Origin: an uncultured Alphaproteobacteria bacterium
Lineage (GTDB): Bacteria; Pseudomonadota; Alphaproteobacteria; UBA11222
NCBI GenBank assembly: GCA_947258435.1
Contig: CAMYID010000022.1
Location: forward strand, 170,961-234,960
Direction of reading: 5' to 3'
DNA: 64,000 bases
Shown: in pieces, positions 29,931-40,221 of the stretch
Layout of the letters: each line of letters begins with the position of its first letter
Numbering within the stretch: the first letter of the stretch is position 1
Program-made: the position numbers and the translations under genes
The notes under the pieces: model-generated
The model's input: the letters and a program-made list of their open reading frames with translations, nothing else
Database searches by the model: none
Told to the model about the DNA's origin: nothing

Positions 29931-29946
29931 TGTTTCACGTGAAACA
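29931..29946. promoter_or_regulatory. parS centromere site (TGTTTCACGTGAAACA, perfect palindrome)
   Basis: Read directly, immediately upstream of the parA GTG start. Confidence 0.75.
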
Positions 29947-30759
29947 GTGCCTGTGGCGGCGCCCAAAATCCTTGCCATCGCCAACCAGAAAGGGGGCGTC
30001 GGGAAGACGACCACCGCCATCAATCTGGCAACGGCCCTTGCCGCTGTGGGTGAAAGGGTGTTGCTGATCGATCTCGATCCCCAGGGAAATGCCAGCACCG
30101 GGCTGGGCATCGGCCATGAGTTGCGCGATCGGTCGAGCTATGATGTCCTGATCGGTGCCTGTCCCATGCATCTGGCGATTCATGCAACGGCGGTGCCGGG
30201 GCTTTGGCTTTTGCCGTCCACGGTGGATTTGTCAGGGGCGGAGATGGAACTTGTCACGGATTCAAGGCGGATGCACCGTCTGCGCGATGCGCTTCACGAC
30301 GGGTTACAGGAGGGCACCGCCGATCAGCCGCGTTTCACGCATATCATTATCGATTGTCCGCCGTCCCTGTCCTTATTGACGGTCAATGCCCTGACCGCGG
30401 CGGACTCGGTTATCGTGCCGCTGCAATGCGAGTTCTTCGCCCTGGAGGGTCTGAGCCAATTATTGCGAACGGTGGAACTCGTGCAATCGACGCTTAACCC
30501 CGCGCTTGAAATTCAGGGTGTGGTCCTGACCATGTTCGATGGCCGCAATAATCTGTCGCAGCAGGTTGCCGCCGATGTGCGTGCCCATCTGGGGACCAAG
30601 GTTTATCAGACGATCATCCCCCGCAATGTCCGGATTTCAGAAGCCCCTTCCTACGGCAAGCCTGCCCTGATATATGATCATCACTGCGCGGGCAGCCGCG
30701 CCTATATGCAGTTGGCGGGTGAAGTTCTCCGGCAGGAAAAGCAGCCGCAAGCCGCATAG
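29947..30759 (+). CDS. parA: Chromosome partitioning ATPase ParA
   Basis: KILAIANQKGGVGKTTTAINLA, a deviant Walker A. Start at the GTG just after parS. The listed upstream extension would overlap rsmG by 70 nt. Confidence 0.88.
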   Translation: MPVAAPKILAIANQKGGVGKTTTAINLATALAAVGERVLLIDLDPQGNASTGLGIGHELRDRSSYDVLIGACPMHLAIHATAVPGLWLLPSTVDLSGAEMELVTDSRRMHRLRDALHDGLQEGTADQPRFTHIIIDCPPSLSLLTVNALTAADSVIVPLQCEFFALEGLSQLLRTVELVQSTLNPALEIQGVVLTMFDGRNNLSQQVAADVRAHLGTKVYQTIIPRNVRISEAPSYGKPALIYDHHCAGSRAYMQLAGEVLRQEKQPQAA

Positions 30760-30820
30760 GGCCAGATTTACACCGGCTGAAACCCTCTCGCGTTTCGCCA
30801 ATCCGAAAATAGGCTGAACC

Positions 30821-31714
30821 ATGTCGGACAGCGGTAAAAAACAGAAACTGGGTCGCGGATTATCCGCGTTACTGGGGGAAGATCGCACCGCGACATCAGC
30901 AGGTGGCCGTAATCTCTCTCCGCAAAGTCTCCCCATCACCCAGCTTCGGCCCGGCAAGTTCCAGCCCCGTCAACAGTTCGACGATGCGAAATTGCAGGAA
31001 CTCGCCGATTCCATCCGTGAAAAAGGTATCCTGCAGCCGGTTCTTGTGCGTCCGTTGCCCGGTGAAGCGGCGCAGTTTGAAATCATAGCCGGTGAGCGCC
31101 GCTGGCGTGCCGCGCAGCTGGCGCGTCTGCATGATATTCCGGTTATCATTCGCGAACTTACCGATACTGAAAGCCTGGAAGTCGCGCTGATTGAAAATGT
31201 GCAGCGCGCCGATCTCAACCCGCTGGAAGAATCGCGTGGCTATGCGCGTCTTATCGACCAGTTCGGCCATTCGCAGGAAGCAATCGGCCGGATTGTCGGA
31301 AAAAGCCGCAGTCATGTCGCAAATATGTTGCGTTTGCTGGCACTGCCTGCCGCCATTCACAAGATGCTGGAGCAGAATTTGCTAACCGCCGGGCACGCCC
31401 GTGCATTGATTACCGCCAGCCAACCCGAGGCGCTGGCGCGCCAAATCATCGATCAGAACTTATCGGTGCGCGACGCGGAAACACTGGCCCGTGCACAAAA
31501 ACCGCACGCAGATCAGGGCACAACCAGCAAAAAGACCGCCAAGGCACAGAAAGATGCCGATACAATTGCGTTGGAAGACCGGCTATCCGCCAATCTGGGA
31601 CTTAAAATCCAGATCGACCATCGCGGCCAGAAAGGTGGCGTTGTCACCATATCCTACCGCACCCTTGAGCAGCTTGACGATCTTTGCCAACGTCTTGGCG
31701 GACGGGATCATTAA
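30821..31714 (+). CDS. parB: Chromosome partitioning protein ParB
   Basis: GRGLSALL...PITQLRPGKFQPRQQFD...GERRWRAAQLA...HTH; ParB/Spo0J boxes. Confidence 0.9.
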   Translation: MSDSGKKQKLGRGLSALLGEDRTATSAGGRNLSPQSLPITQLRPGKFQPRQQFDDAKLQELADSIREKGILQPVLVRPLPGEAAQFEIIAGERRWRAAQLARLHDIPVIIRELTDTESLEVALIENVQRADLNPLEESRGYARLIDQFGHSQEAIGRIVGKSRSHVANMLRLLALPAAIHKMLEQNLLTAGHARALITASQPEALARQIIDQNLSVRDAETLARAQKPHADQGTTSKKTAKAQKDADTIALEDRLSANLGLKIQIDHRGQKGGVVTISYRTLEQLDDLCQRLGGRDH

Positions 31715-31735
31715 TCCCAAAATGGACTTGCTCGT

Positions 31736-32773
31736 TCAGGCCCGGGCCGCATTCGCGATCCGGTAGAGAACCCGTTCAGCAATCGCAATATCGGGATAAC
31801 CTGTTGTTTTGCAATGAATTTCCGCTTCGAGTAATAATTGTAGCGCCTGCCTGATCTTCGCCATATTCCAATAGCGCAGCTGCATGCGGACCGCGGCAAT
31901 ACGGGAAAAATGAACCGGCGGCCGCGCGCGCCGCACAAGCGTGTCCGCATCCCCGCCGGTTTCAAGCTGCGCCAACAGTAATTGCAACCGCGTCGCATGA
32001 TTTGTGGCCGACCGTACCGGCGCAATCATATTCTGACCCGATTCGCTCCACCGCTTGAGTTCCCGCGCCAGCTCATCCCTTTTGCCACCGAATGCCGCAT
32101 CGCAAATTTGATCGAGTGTCACCGCCGTCCCATCGCCGATTACGCATTGCGCATCCGCCAGGCTGATAATGGCAGGGCGCGTATCGGGTGCCGGCTCCCC
32201 CATGAAAATCACAAGCTTTGCGAGTTCCTGCCGGGTTACGCCGCGATCATCCCCCAGTACCGATGTCAGATAGGCCAGTGCATCAGGTGCAATTTGCAGC
32301 TGCGCTTCGCGCAGATGCGCCTCAATCACTTCCTCAAGCGACTGGGCATTATCCTCATAAAAAGCCATCGCAGCGGCGTTCCGTGCCGCCTCGAACAATT
32401 TTCTCAGCCGCGAGCCCTTCTTCAGATCGCCGGCCTCGACGATGACATGGCCTGTCGCATTTGCATTGTCGAAAAAAGTCTCAAACGCACCGGTTTGCGC
32501 ATCACTGATATTCTGTACCCTGATGACCCTGTTGCCCCCGGTCATAGACAGGGATTGCGCCTCATCGGCGAGCCGCACCGGATCAGCGCGCAGATCTTCG
32601 CCGTTCAGCCGGACAAGGCGAAAGGGATCGTCGACTGCACCAAGCAGTACCAGCTGCAGGGCCTGCGCGGCTTCCCGAATGCGCCCTTCATCGCGTCCAT
32701 GCAGCAGAAATGCATTCACGGCAGGGTCAGGTCTGCCAAGCATTTTTCCGATTGCACTGCCTTTAACGATCAT
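31736..32773 (-). CDS. holA: DNA polymerase III delta subunit
   Basis: Length and HolA-like N-terminal clamp-loader fold (FLLHGRDEGRIREAA...). It occupies the conserved leuS-lptE-holA operon position. Confidence 0.78.
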   Translation of the reverse strand: MIVKGSAIGKMLGRPDPAVNAFLLHGRDEGRIREAAQALQLVLLGAVDDPFRLVRLNGEDLRADPVRLADEAQSLSMTGGNRVIRVQNISDAQTGAFETFFDNANATGHVIVEAGDLKKGSRLRKLFEAARNAAAMAFYEDNAQSLEEVIEAHLREAQLQIAPDALAYLTSVLGDDRGVTRQELAKLVIFMGEPAPDTRPAIISLADAQCVIGDGTAVTLDQICDAAFGGKRDELARELKRWSESGQNMIAPVRSATNHATRLQLLLAQLETGGDADTLVRRARPPVHFSRIAAVRMQLRYWNMAKIRQALQLLLEAEIHCKTTGYPDIAIAERVLYRIANAARA

Positions 32774-32833
32774 TGCCTTTACCGATCATCGGCCATCACA
32801 ATCATCCGGTCCGGCTTTGCTGGTCCGGCCTCT

Positions 32834-33367
32834 TCAAAACGGGGGCGGATCGCCGCTCTCCCTGTCCAGCCGCTTGAAATACAGCGATAATCTTGTCGCG
32901 ATTTCTGCGCCAAGATCCCGCGCGGCCCGTTCTTCCGCATCGCGTTCCGCGCTCAGTGTCGCAAAATCGGACTGCACGACATTGAAGGCCACAAAAGTGC
33001 GCGTATTATCTTCAAACATCACTTGCCGATCGGCCAACCGGATCAATCTGAAATTGCCGAACAGACGGTAATTGAAGCGGGTCACCGATTCATCCTGCTG
33101 AATGGCCAGCCCTTCCTTGCGGGCATTCAGAATGATATCGAGCCGGTAAAGCTTCTCCCCCTGTCCGCCGCGCGCGGAAAACCGGTCGATCAGATCATTA
33201 CGCAGCTGAAGCCCTACCCGACCGCCTATGGGCGAAACCTCAATCCGGTCAATCTGCGCGGGCACGGATGCGTCAGACTCGCGATTGCCATAAAGCGGTG
33301 TAAACCCGCACCCCCCCGCAATCAGCAGACCGCCGATCAGCAAGACGCCTCCGATCGCGCGCGCCAT
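32834..33367 (-). CDS. lptE: LPS-assembly lipoprotein LptE
   Basis: From the internal ATG: MARAIGGVLLIGGLLIAGGCGF, a lipobox, followed by an LptE-like fold. Directly downstream of leuS. Confidence 0.7.
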   Translation of the reverse strand: MARAIGGVLLIGGLLIAGGCGFTPLYGNRESDASVPAQIDRIEVSPIGGRVGLQLRNDLIDRFSARGGQGEKLYRLDIILNARKEGLAIQQDESVTRFNYRLFGNFRLIRLADRQVMFEDNTRTFVAFNVVQSDFATLSAERDAEERAARDLGAEIATRLSLYFKRLDRESGDPPPF

Positions 33368-33392
33368 CGCCAAAACCCGGCAGTCTGGGTCT

Positions 33393-36008
33393 CTAGACGA
33401 CGACATTGATAATCCGGTCCGGTACGACAATCACCTTGCGTATCTGTCTACCGTCGATTTGCCGGGCGACGGCATCCAGCGCAAGTGCTGCCTGCTCAAG
33501 CGCCTGTTTGTCAGTGCCCGGCGCAACAGCAAGCTCGCCCCGCCTTTTCCCGTTTACCTGTACCGGCAGGACAATTTCGTCGGTTTTCAGGAGCGCCTCT
33601 TCCGCAGTGGGCCAGGGGGCTTCGACCAGCATTGTCCCGTGACCGAGCGCAGCCCAGCATTCTTCCGCCAGATGCGGCATCATCGGTGCAATCAGTGTGA
33701 CAAGTGCCTCAAGGCTTTCGCGCAGGCACCAGGCCGCATCCGGCCCCTCCTGCTTGAACCCGCTCACCATATTCACAAATTCATAGATGCGCGCGACCGC
33801 ACGATTGAAATGAAACTGCTCGATATCCTGCGTCACTGCCGCGATTGTCTGATGGGTTTTCTTCCGCAGACCCGTTGCCCCCTCGCCGAGCTTTGCGGGC
33901 ACGGGGGTTTTGCTATCGGGAAGACTTGCCAGCCTGTCATTTACCAGCCGCCAGATCTTCTGCGTGAATCGCCAGGCCCCCTCAACACCTGATTCGGTCC
34001 ATTCAATGTCCCGCTCGGGCGGTGTATCCGAAATCATGAACCAGCGTGCTGTATCGGCTCCGTAATGGGCGATGATATGTTCGGGATCGATCACATTCTT
34101 TTTCGATTTCGACATGGATTCGATCTTGCCGATGGTGACTTCCTCACCTGTTTCGGTATGAAATCCCCTGCCGTCGCGTTTCTCCACCTGGGTTGGCAGC
34201 AGCCATTGACCCTTTTTGTCCTTATAGGTTTCGTGCGTTACCATGCCCTGGGTAAACAGCGCCTGAAATGGCTCCTTTACCGCCGAATAGCCGGTTTCCC
34301 GCATCGCACGGGTGAAAAACCGCGAATAAAGCAAATGCAACACCGCATGTTCGACCCCGCCGATATACTGATCGACCGGCATCCAGTAATCGGCGCGTTG
34401 CCGGTCGATCGGCCCGTCCGCATCAGCACAGGTGAAACGTGCAAAATACCAGGACGAATCCACGAATGTGTCGAATGTATCGGTCTCGCGTTCCGCCGCC
34501 GCGCCACATTCGGGGCAATCCACTTGCTTCCAGCTTTCATGTCGGCTCAACGGGTTGCCGGGTTTGTCGAAACTGACATCCTCAGGCAACAGAACGGGCA
34601 GATCCGCCCTGGGAACCGGTACGATGCCGCAATTCCTGCAATGAATGACCGGGATCGGGCAGCCCCAATAGCGCTGCCGTGAAACACCCCAGTCCCGCAG
34701 CCGGAAATTCACCGCGCGTGCGCCCTGTCCGGCTGTTTCCAGCCGGTCCGCTACCTTTTGTTTTGCGGCCGCCACGTCAAGCCCGTTCAGAAAATCCGAA
34801 TTGATCAATATCCCGTCCTGGGTATCGGTATAGGCGGTTGCGCCGATTTCCATCTGCTGTGCGCCGCTGTCCCCTTTGCCGGTCACCACCGGATAGACCG
34901 GCAGACCGTATTTGCGGGCAAAATCGAGATCGCGCTGATCATGAGCGGGGCAACCGAAAATTGCGCCCGTGCCATATCCCATCAAAACGAAATTCGCGAT
35001 ATAGACGGGTACCTTGCGGGTTTCGTCAAATGGATGCGCCGCAAATAATCCGGTCGGCATGCCGAGTTTTTCGGCCTTCTCAAGCGCTTCTTCCGTGGTG
35101 CCCGATTGCTCGCATCTGGCGCGGAATTCATCAATCTGGGGGTTTTTTTCCGCCAATGCGCGGGCCAGCGGGTGATCCGCGGCAATGGCACAGAAGCTCA
35201 TCCCGAAAATTGTGTCATGGCGGGTGGTATAAACCTCAAGCCCGTCAGCAGCGCCTTCGGCGTTCACCGGCGTGCCCGCAGCATCGGTCAGCGCGAATTT
35301 GATCCGCATCCCTTCCGAGCGGCCGATCCAGTTGCGCTGCATCAGCCGTACCTTGTCGGGCCAGTCGGGCAACGCCTCAAGCGCGTTGAGCAGATCATCG
35401 GCATAATCGGTGATTTTAAAGAACCATTGGGTGAGCAGCCGCCGCTCAACCGGCGCGCCCGAACGCCAGCCCCGGCCATCGATCACCTGCTCATTGGCCA
35501 ATACGGTATTATCGACCGGATCCCAGTTTACCGGCGACTCCTTGCGGTAAATCAGCCCTTTTTCCAGAAAGTCGAGGAACATGCGCTGCTCATGGCCATA
35601 ATAGGCCGGATCGCAGGTGGCGACCTCCCGGCTCCAGTCAATCGACAGCCCCATGGCCTTGAGCTGGCCGCGCATGGTGTCGATATTCTCATATGTCCAG
35701 CTCGCCGGGTGCACCTGCCGTTCCATCGCCGCATTTTCCGCCGGCATGCCGAACGCGTCCCAGCCCATCGGATGCAACACATTGAAACCGCGCGCGCGTT
35801 TATAGCGCGCCACAATGTCGCCCATCGTATAATTGCGGACATGCCCCATATGGATCCGCCCCGAGGGATAGGGAAACATCTCCAGCACATAATATTTCGG
35901 TCGGCTTGCAGGATCGGCCGGATCTTCCTCGCGGGCGACGAATGCTTGCGCGGCATCCCATTGTGCCTGCCATTTCGCTTCGACCTGCCTGGCATGATAG
36001 CGGGACAT
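33393..36008 (-). CDS. leuS: Leucine--tRNA ligase
   Basis: 871 aa; the HMGH and KMSKS (SMSKSKKN) class-I motifs are present. Confidence 0.95.
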   Translation of the reverse strand: MSRYHARQVEAKWQAQWDAAQAFVAREEDPADPASRPKYYVLEMFPYPSGRIHMGHVRNYTMGDIVARYKRARGFNVLHPMGWDAFGMPAENAAMERQVHPASWTYENIDTMRGQLKAMGLSIDWSREVATCDPAYYGHEQRMFLDFLEKGLIYRKESPVNWDPVDNTVLANEQVIDGRGWRSGAPVERRLLTQWFFKITDYADDLLNALEALPDWPDKVRLMQRNWIGRSEGMRIKFALTDAAGTPVNAEGAADGLEVYTTRHDTIFGMSFCAIAADHPLARALAEKNPQIDEFRARCEQSGTTEEALEKAEKLGMPTGLFAAHPFDETRKVPVYIANFVLMGYGTGAIFGCPAHDQRDLDFARKYGLPVYPVVTGKGDSGAQQMEIGATAYTDTQDGILINSDFLNGLDVAAAKQKVADRLETAGQGARAVNFRLRDWGVSRQRYWGCPIPVIHCRNCGIVPVPRADLPVLLPEDVSFDKPGNPLSRHESWKQVDCPECGAAAERETDTFDTFVDSSWYFARFTCADADGPIDRQRADYWMPVDQYIGGVEHAVLHLLYSRFFTRAMRETGYSAVKEPFQALFTQGMVTHETYKDKKGQWLLPTQVEKRDGRGFHTETGEEVTIGKIESMSKSKKNVIDPEHIIAHYGADTARWFMISDTPPERDIEWTESGVEGAWRFTQKIWRLVNDRLASLPDSKTPVPAKLGEGATGLRKKTHQTIAAVTQDIEQFHFNRAVARIYEFVNMVSGFKQEGPDAAWCLRESLEALVTLIAPMMPHLAEECWAALGHGTMLVEAPWPTAEEALLKTDEIVLPVQVNGKRRGELAVAPGTDKQALEQAALALDAVARQIDGRQIRKVIVVPDRIINVVV

Positions 36009-36119
36009 CCGCCTGATCCTTCTTTACTTGCTTGCCGGCTTCGTCAATGCCGGGAAATTGATGACATCTCTACATCTGCTGCCGAGCGGGCCGGGTGGTC
36101 CGAACCCGCGAAAACGGTG

Positions 36120-36680
36120 TCAGCCGGCGCCGGTGGCATCGATCCGCAATTGCCGCGCGCGGGTCAGAATCGCATTTTCGACCTGCACCGCGGTTTGCGG
36201 ATTTGTCACCCTGTCCTGCCAGACACCCTGCGTATCCCGTTCCTGACGGAAGACCGACACCTTGATACCGTCCGCACGCAACCGCCGGTCGAGAATATAA
36301 ACGGTAAGCTTGAACCGCTCATTGGGCTGATTGGGGCTCTGAAACCAGTCTGTGATGATGACCCCGCCAAACGGATCGGCCGAGGTGAGCGGCATGAATG
36401 CAAGCGTATCCAGCGTGGCGCGCCACAAAAAGCTGTTGACGCCGATTCCGCCGCCGCCCTTGGCGGTTTCTTCGTCGCCGCCAAAAATCCCGATTCCGCC
36501 CGGCCCGAATATCGATTCCCGCTCCTCGCCGCTTGGCACCGGATCATAGCGGTTCTGACGTTGCCGCTCGGGATAGTTTTCCTCACCCTGCAGACCGCCG
36601 CAAGCAGACAGCATCAATACGGTTCCGAACAGACAAAGCAGGCTCCTGGCGCTGCGCCGAATTTTCAAAATTTTGCTCAC
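36120..36680 (-). CDS. DUF3576-like lipoprotein
   Basis: Probable GTG start giving MSKILKIRRSARSLLCLFGTVLMLSACGG, a lipobox. The listed 213-aa ORF has an N-terminal extension unlikely to be translated. Confidence 0.55.
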   Translation of the reverse strand: MSKILKIRRSARSLLCLFGTVLMLSACGGLQGEENYPERQRQNRYDPVPSGEERESIFGPGGIGIFGGDEETAKGGGGIGVNSFLWRATLDTLAFMPLTSADPFGGVIITDWFQSPNQPNERFKLTVYILDRRLRADGIKVSVFRQERDTQGVWQDRVTNPQTAVQVENAILTRARQLRIDATGAG

Positions 36681-37158
36681 AAGATCTAATCCATGGCTGC
36701 TTGCGGGAAATGGTCTGCCGTCTGCATGACCTGCGCCATGCCCACGCCCGGACGCGGACATCAGACAGCCTTATAGGTTTTTCCCGGGCCGCCGACAATA
36801 TCTGCCGTTACATGGCTTTGTCGATCCGTCGATTCTCCCATGCGCCAAAATGAACGGAAAGGTTCACCGGCCCGTTCAGGGCAACTTGCCGCCCTTTTTC
36901 AGCTAATTCCTCTGAAACGATTTGTGTCAGCCATGTGAATGTGCTGTTACGGCAACAGTTGTAGCAATATCCAATCACAATGCCCAATACCAACGCCGTT
37001 AAGACTTGACCCTTGCCGGTCGGCCTGCAAGATGACGGTAACTAGCGGGCCGAGCAGGTATTCCGCTTAGTGTTGAGTGTATCAAAGGGCGCCGGCTCAT
37101 GGGGGGATGCTCCTGGGGTGGTCAGTCCGGACTTACGAAAACTGAGGTAGGTTACGTT

Positions 37159-38388
37159 ATGAAAAAGTTTCTTTACGGCACGACTGCCCTCGTCGCCTCC
37201 GGCATGGTTGCCGGCGCGGCATCGGCGGCTGAGCCCATCAGTCTTGGGCTGAGCGGCTATTACACAAGCGTGCTTGCATTGTCCGATGATGATGCACCGG
37301 GTACCGGTGATACGTCGGTCAAGCAGGACGCGGAAATCTTCTTTAGTGGTTCGACCACTCTGGATAACGGTCTGACCGCCGGTGTCGAAGTGAGCATGGA
37401 AGCAGCGACCGCTGCTGACCAGATTGACGAACATTATGCATATCTCGAAGGTTCCTTCGGTCGTCTGGAAATCGGTTCCGACGATGGTGCGAGCTTCAAG
37501 ATGGGCTATGTTGCGCCGTTCCCGACCGATGGTCACGGTGTGGACACCCCGGGCTTCCTGCACATTTCGCGTGCAAGCTCGCGGACTTCCGCACTGATCA
37601 CCATGTCGGCCGACGCCAACAAGATCACTTACTTCACCCCGCGCTTCAGCGGCTTCCAGCTCGGCTTCTCCTATACGCCGGAAGTTGATCCGGGTGTGGC
37701 CGGTGCCTGTGCGCCTGGCGGCGTCGTCTGTCAGCCTGGCCTCGTATTCGGTACTCCCGGTACCGGTACCAGTGGCGGTGGCGGTGGCGGTGGCGGCCTT
37801 GCTTTCGGTGTGCGCAGCAGCGTGAATGGCGGCATTGAGGATATCCTCGAAGTTGCCGGCAACTATTGGGGCAAATATGAAGATGTCGAGATCGGCATTT
37901 CACTTGCCTATTCACAGGGCGATCGTGAATCTGCTGGTATCACGGCGGCTGGCGCGGGCATCAGCCCGGCGGTAACCGGTGATCCGGAAGCCTATCATGC
38001 GGGTATCTCGCTCAGCACGGCCGGCTTCACCGTCAGCGGTGCCTGGTACGAATCGGAAGATCTGGTTGCGGGTGCCGGTGTCGCCGGTGCCGGTCTGCCG
38101 GGTCTTGATGAAGAAGCCTGGAACCTCGGTGTGATCTATGAAACCGGTCCGTGGAAAGTCGGTGTCGCCTATCTCGACTCCGAAACCGATACGCCGGCTG
38201 GTACCGCATTGGGTGGCGAGCTGTCGCTGCTCGATCTTGGTGCGCAATACACGCTTGGTCCGGGTGTTGCCATCGGTGCGGATCTGACCTTCGCGGAAGA
38301 CGAAGTACCGAATGCCGCGGCTACGGTTCTGTCGCCTTCCTCGATCGAAAATACAACGCTGGCGCTGTCACTGCTGCTGACGTTCTAA
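37159..38388 (+). CDS. Outer-membrane porin (alphaproteobacterial Porin_2-like)
   Basis: MKKFLYGTTALVASGMVAGAASAA, a signal peptide, preceded by the SD sequence GAGGTAGG. Alternating beta-strand pattern, a C-terminal ...LSLLLTF, and an internal Gly8 run encoded by (GGT/GGC)n. Confidence 0.75.
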   Translation: MKKFLYGTTALVASGMVAGAASAAEPISLGLSGYYTSVLALSDDDAPGTGDTSVKQDAEIFFSGSTTLDNGLTAGVEVSMEAATAADQIDEHYAYLEGSFGRLEIGSDDGASFKMGYVAPFPTDGHGVDTPGFLHISRASSRTSALITMSADANKITYFTPRFSGFQLGFSYTPEVDPGVAGACAPGGVVCQPGLVFGTPGTGTSGGGGGGGGLAFGVRSSVNGGIEDILEVAGNYWGKYEDVEIGISLAYSQGDRESAGITAAGAGISPAVTGDPEAYHAGISLSTAGFTVSGAWYESEDLVAGAGVAGAGLPGLDEEAWNLGVIYETGPWKVGVAYLDSETDTPAGTALGGELSLLDLGAQYTLGPGVAIGADLTFAEDEVPNAAATVLSPSSIENTTLALSLLLTF

Positions 38389-38412
38389 GTCGATCGACTT
38401 TTAGTTCCTGGA

Positions 38413-38449
38413 AAGGGCGGGTTGCAAAACCCGCCCTTTTCTGTTGTTT
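38413..38449 (+). terminator. Rho-independent terminator after porin gene
   Basis: AAGGGCGGGTT-gcaa-AACCCGCCCTT followed by TTCTGTTGTTT, read directly. Confidence 0.6.
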
Positions 38450-38475
38450 GCCGGGTATATTTGCCGGGTATATTT
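38450..38475. repeat. Perfect 13-bp tandem duplication GCCGGGTATATTT x2
   Basis: Read directly, immediately downstream of the terminator. Confidence 0.6.
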
Positions 38476-38588
38476 GATAGTTTGTCCGATCACGCCGGGC
38501 CATCAGGATGGTTGCATAAACCCTGGTCTGCCAGGTGGCGGGGACATGGACGATAATTGACGATATTTAATGACGGGTGAGTGGTGTA

Positions 38589-39434
38589 ATGGGTGCGCTG
38601 ATCTGGCTGGCCTCCTATCCGAAATCGGGTAATACCTGGCTCAGGGCGTTTCTTTACAACCTGTTGCGTAATCCGCCGAAACCCGCGCCAATCAATGAAT
38701 TGGATCGGTTTTGTTTGGGCGAGTCAGCGGAAGGCTGGTATGCGCGCCGCGCCGGCGGCCCCACCGAGGGCATGCCGCTTGCGGATATCATGGCATTGCG
38801 GCCGCAGGTGCACCGGGATTTCACGACTGCATTTCCTGATTCTGTCTTTGTCAAAACCCATAATTTCCTTGGCGAGTGCAATGGGATTTCGCTGCACAAT
38901 ATGGATGTGACGGCGGGCGGATTATATGTGGTACGCAACCCGCTTGATGTCGTGATTTCCGTCCGCCACCATTTCGGGCTCAGTATGGATGAGGCGATTG
39001 ACCGGCTCGCCGATCCGACGGCGGCGACTCAATCCGCGGGCGGGCATGTGGCGGAATTTCACAATAGCTGGTCAAAGCATGTGGAAAGCTGGACAGCGAC
39101 GCCCAATCCGGCGCTACATGTGGTGCGCTATGAGGATATGCTTGATCATCCGCGGCGCAGTTTTGGTGCAATTACGGAATTTCTGGGTCTCAAGCCCCCC
39201 AAGGACCGGCTGCGGCGCGCCATCAAATTTTCCTCGTTCCGGGTGCTCAAGGGCCAGGAACAGCGCGACAGTTTCAAGGAGCGTAGCGAACATACAGAAG
39301 CGTTTTTCCGCGAAGGGCAGAAAGATCAGTGGAAGAACCTTCTGACAGGTGCGCAGATCGACCGCATCATTGCCGATCACGGGGAACAGATGGCGCGATT
39401 TGGTTATTTGCCGGACGATCTGCCCGGCTGCTGA
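38589..39434 (+). CDS. Sulfotransferase family protein (PAPS-dependent)
   Basis: IWLASYPKSGNTWLRAFL, the 5'-PSB motif, and RNPLDVVISVRHH, a 3'-PB-like motif. The ATG at 38589 is preferred over the listed GTG at 38577. Confidence 0.7.
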   Translation: MGALIWLASYPKSGNTWLRAFLYNLLRNPPKPAPINELDRFCLGESAEGWYARRAGGPTEGMPLADIMALRPQVHRDFTTAFPDSVFVKTHNFLGECNGISLHNMDVTAGGLYVVRNPLDVVISVRHHFGLSMDEAIDRLADPTAATQSAGGHVAEFHNSWSKHVESWTATPNPALHVVRYEDMLDHPRRSFGAITEFLGLKPPKDRLRRAIKFSSFRVLKGQEQRDSFKERSEHTEAFFREGQKDQWKNLLTGAQIDRIIADHGEQMARFGYLPDDLPGC

Positions 39435-39510
39435 AAAATTCACCATTTCAGCGCTTCTAGTATGGCTTCGTCTCCATTGCTGTTGCGTCATTGGCACCAT
39501 TCTACGTGAA

Positions 39511-40052
39511 TTAGATGATGCGAGGTGAGTACGCGCATTCTAGATTGCCATTGCGGCGGCCGGAGACCGCCTCGGCCAACTTCTCTGCGCCGGTGCCATA
39601 GTGGGCACGATGCCGCGCTTCCTTAAGGCTGCCTTGAAGCGCCAGGATATCGCAGGCTTTGTCGGCACCATGTGTTACGCCGGGTTCATCTGATGTTCCG
39701 TTAAGCATTTGCAATGTCGTTTCACCTTCCGCTGTGCCCGTCGCATGGGTCAAATTGGTGGCAACCGCCAGACCGTTACGGTTTTCCATCAGCGCATGTC
39801 TAATGAAGTCCATCAGTTGCCACTTCGAACGGATCAAATAGAAAGCCTGCAGAAGAAAAGCCCGAAGTAATTTCCCTGGCCAATGCCCGGACCACCCGTG
39901 TGGAACCAAGCCGCCTCAAAATCAGATGACATCTCGCCAAGAGTATCATCGACAATGCCTTGGATCAGGCAAAGTGGATGCACCTTCGGAACCCGTGCCT
40001 CAAGATCTGCGTAGCTGAAAAGACCGTCGCTCTGCTGGTTCTGCCCACACAT
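39511..40052 (-). pseudogene. Degraded IS5-family (DUF772-type) transposase remnant
   Basis: Two frame-shifted ORFs. The N-terminal DUF772-like part reads LFSYADLEARVPKVHPL...SDFEAAWFHTGGPGI, then shifts to LLRAFLLQAFYLIRSKWQLMDF. That joins directly to a C-terminal piece, ...GADKACDIL..., which resembles the (A)DKGYD DDE region. The segment is lower in GC and lacks most of the catalytic core. Confidence 0.55.
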
Positions 40053-40221
40053 CTACTTGCCCCCCGCGATTCAATCAGCAAAGTGAAACAGATTCTGAAA
40101 ATAAAGGCAGGGTTTTTCAGAACCCTGCTAGACAGGAACGTGCCAAGAACATACGCTTTCCGCTCAGTAGTGCAGACAATCGCTTAAATCGCGCGCAGCA
40201 CGCATCACAAGGGCAGGCTTC

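Noticed and set aside
30324-30339. Third parS-like element (CGTTTCACGCATATCA) inside parA
   Set aside because: Only one half-site matches and it lies inside the coding sequence. It is unlikely to bind ParB.
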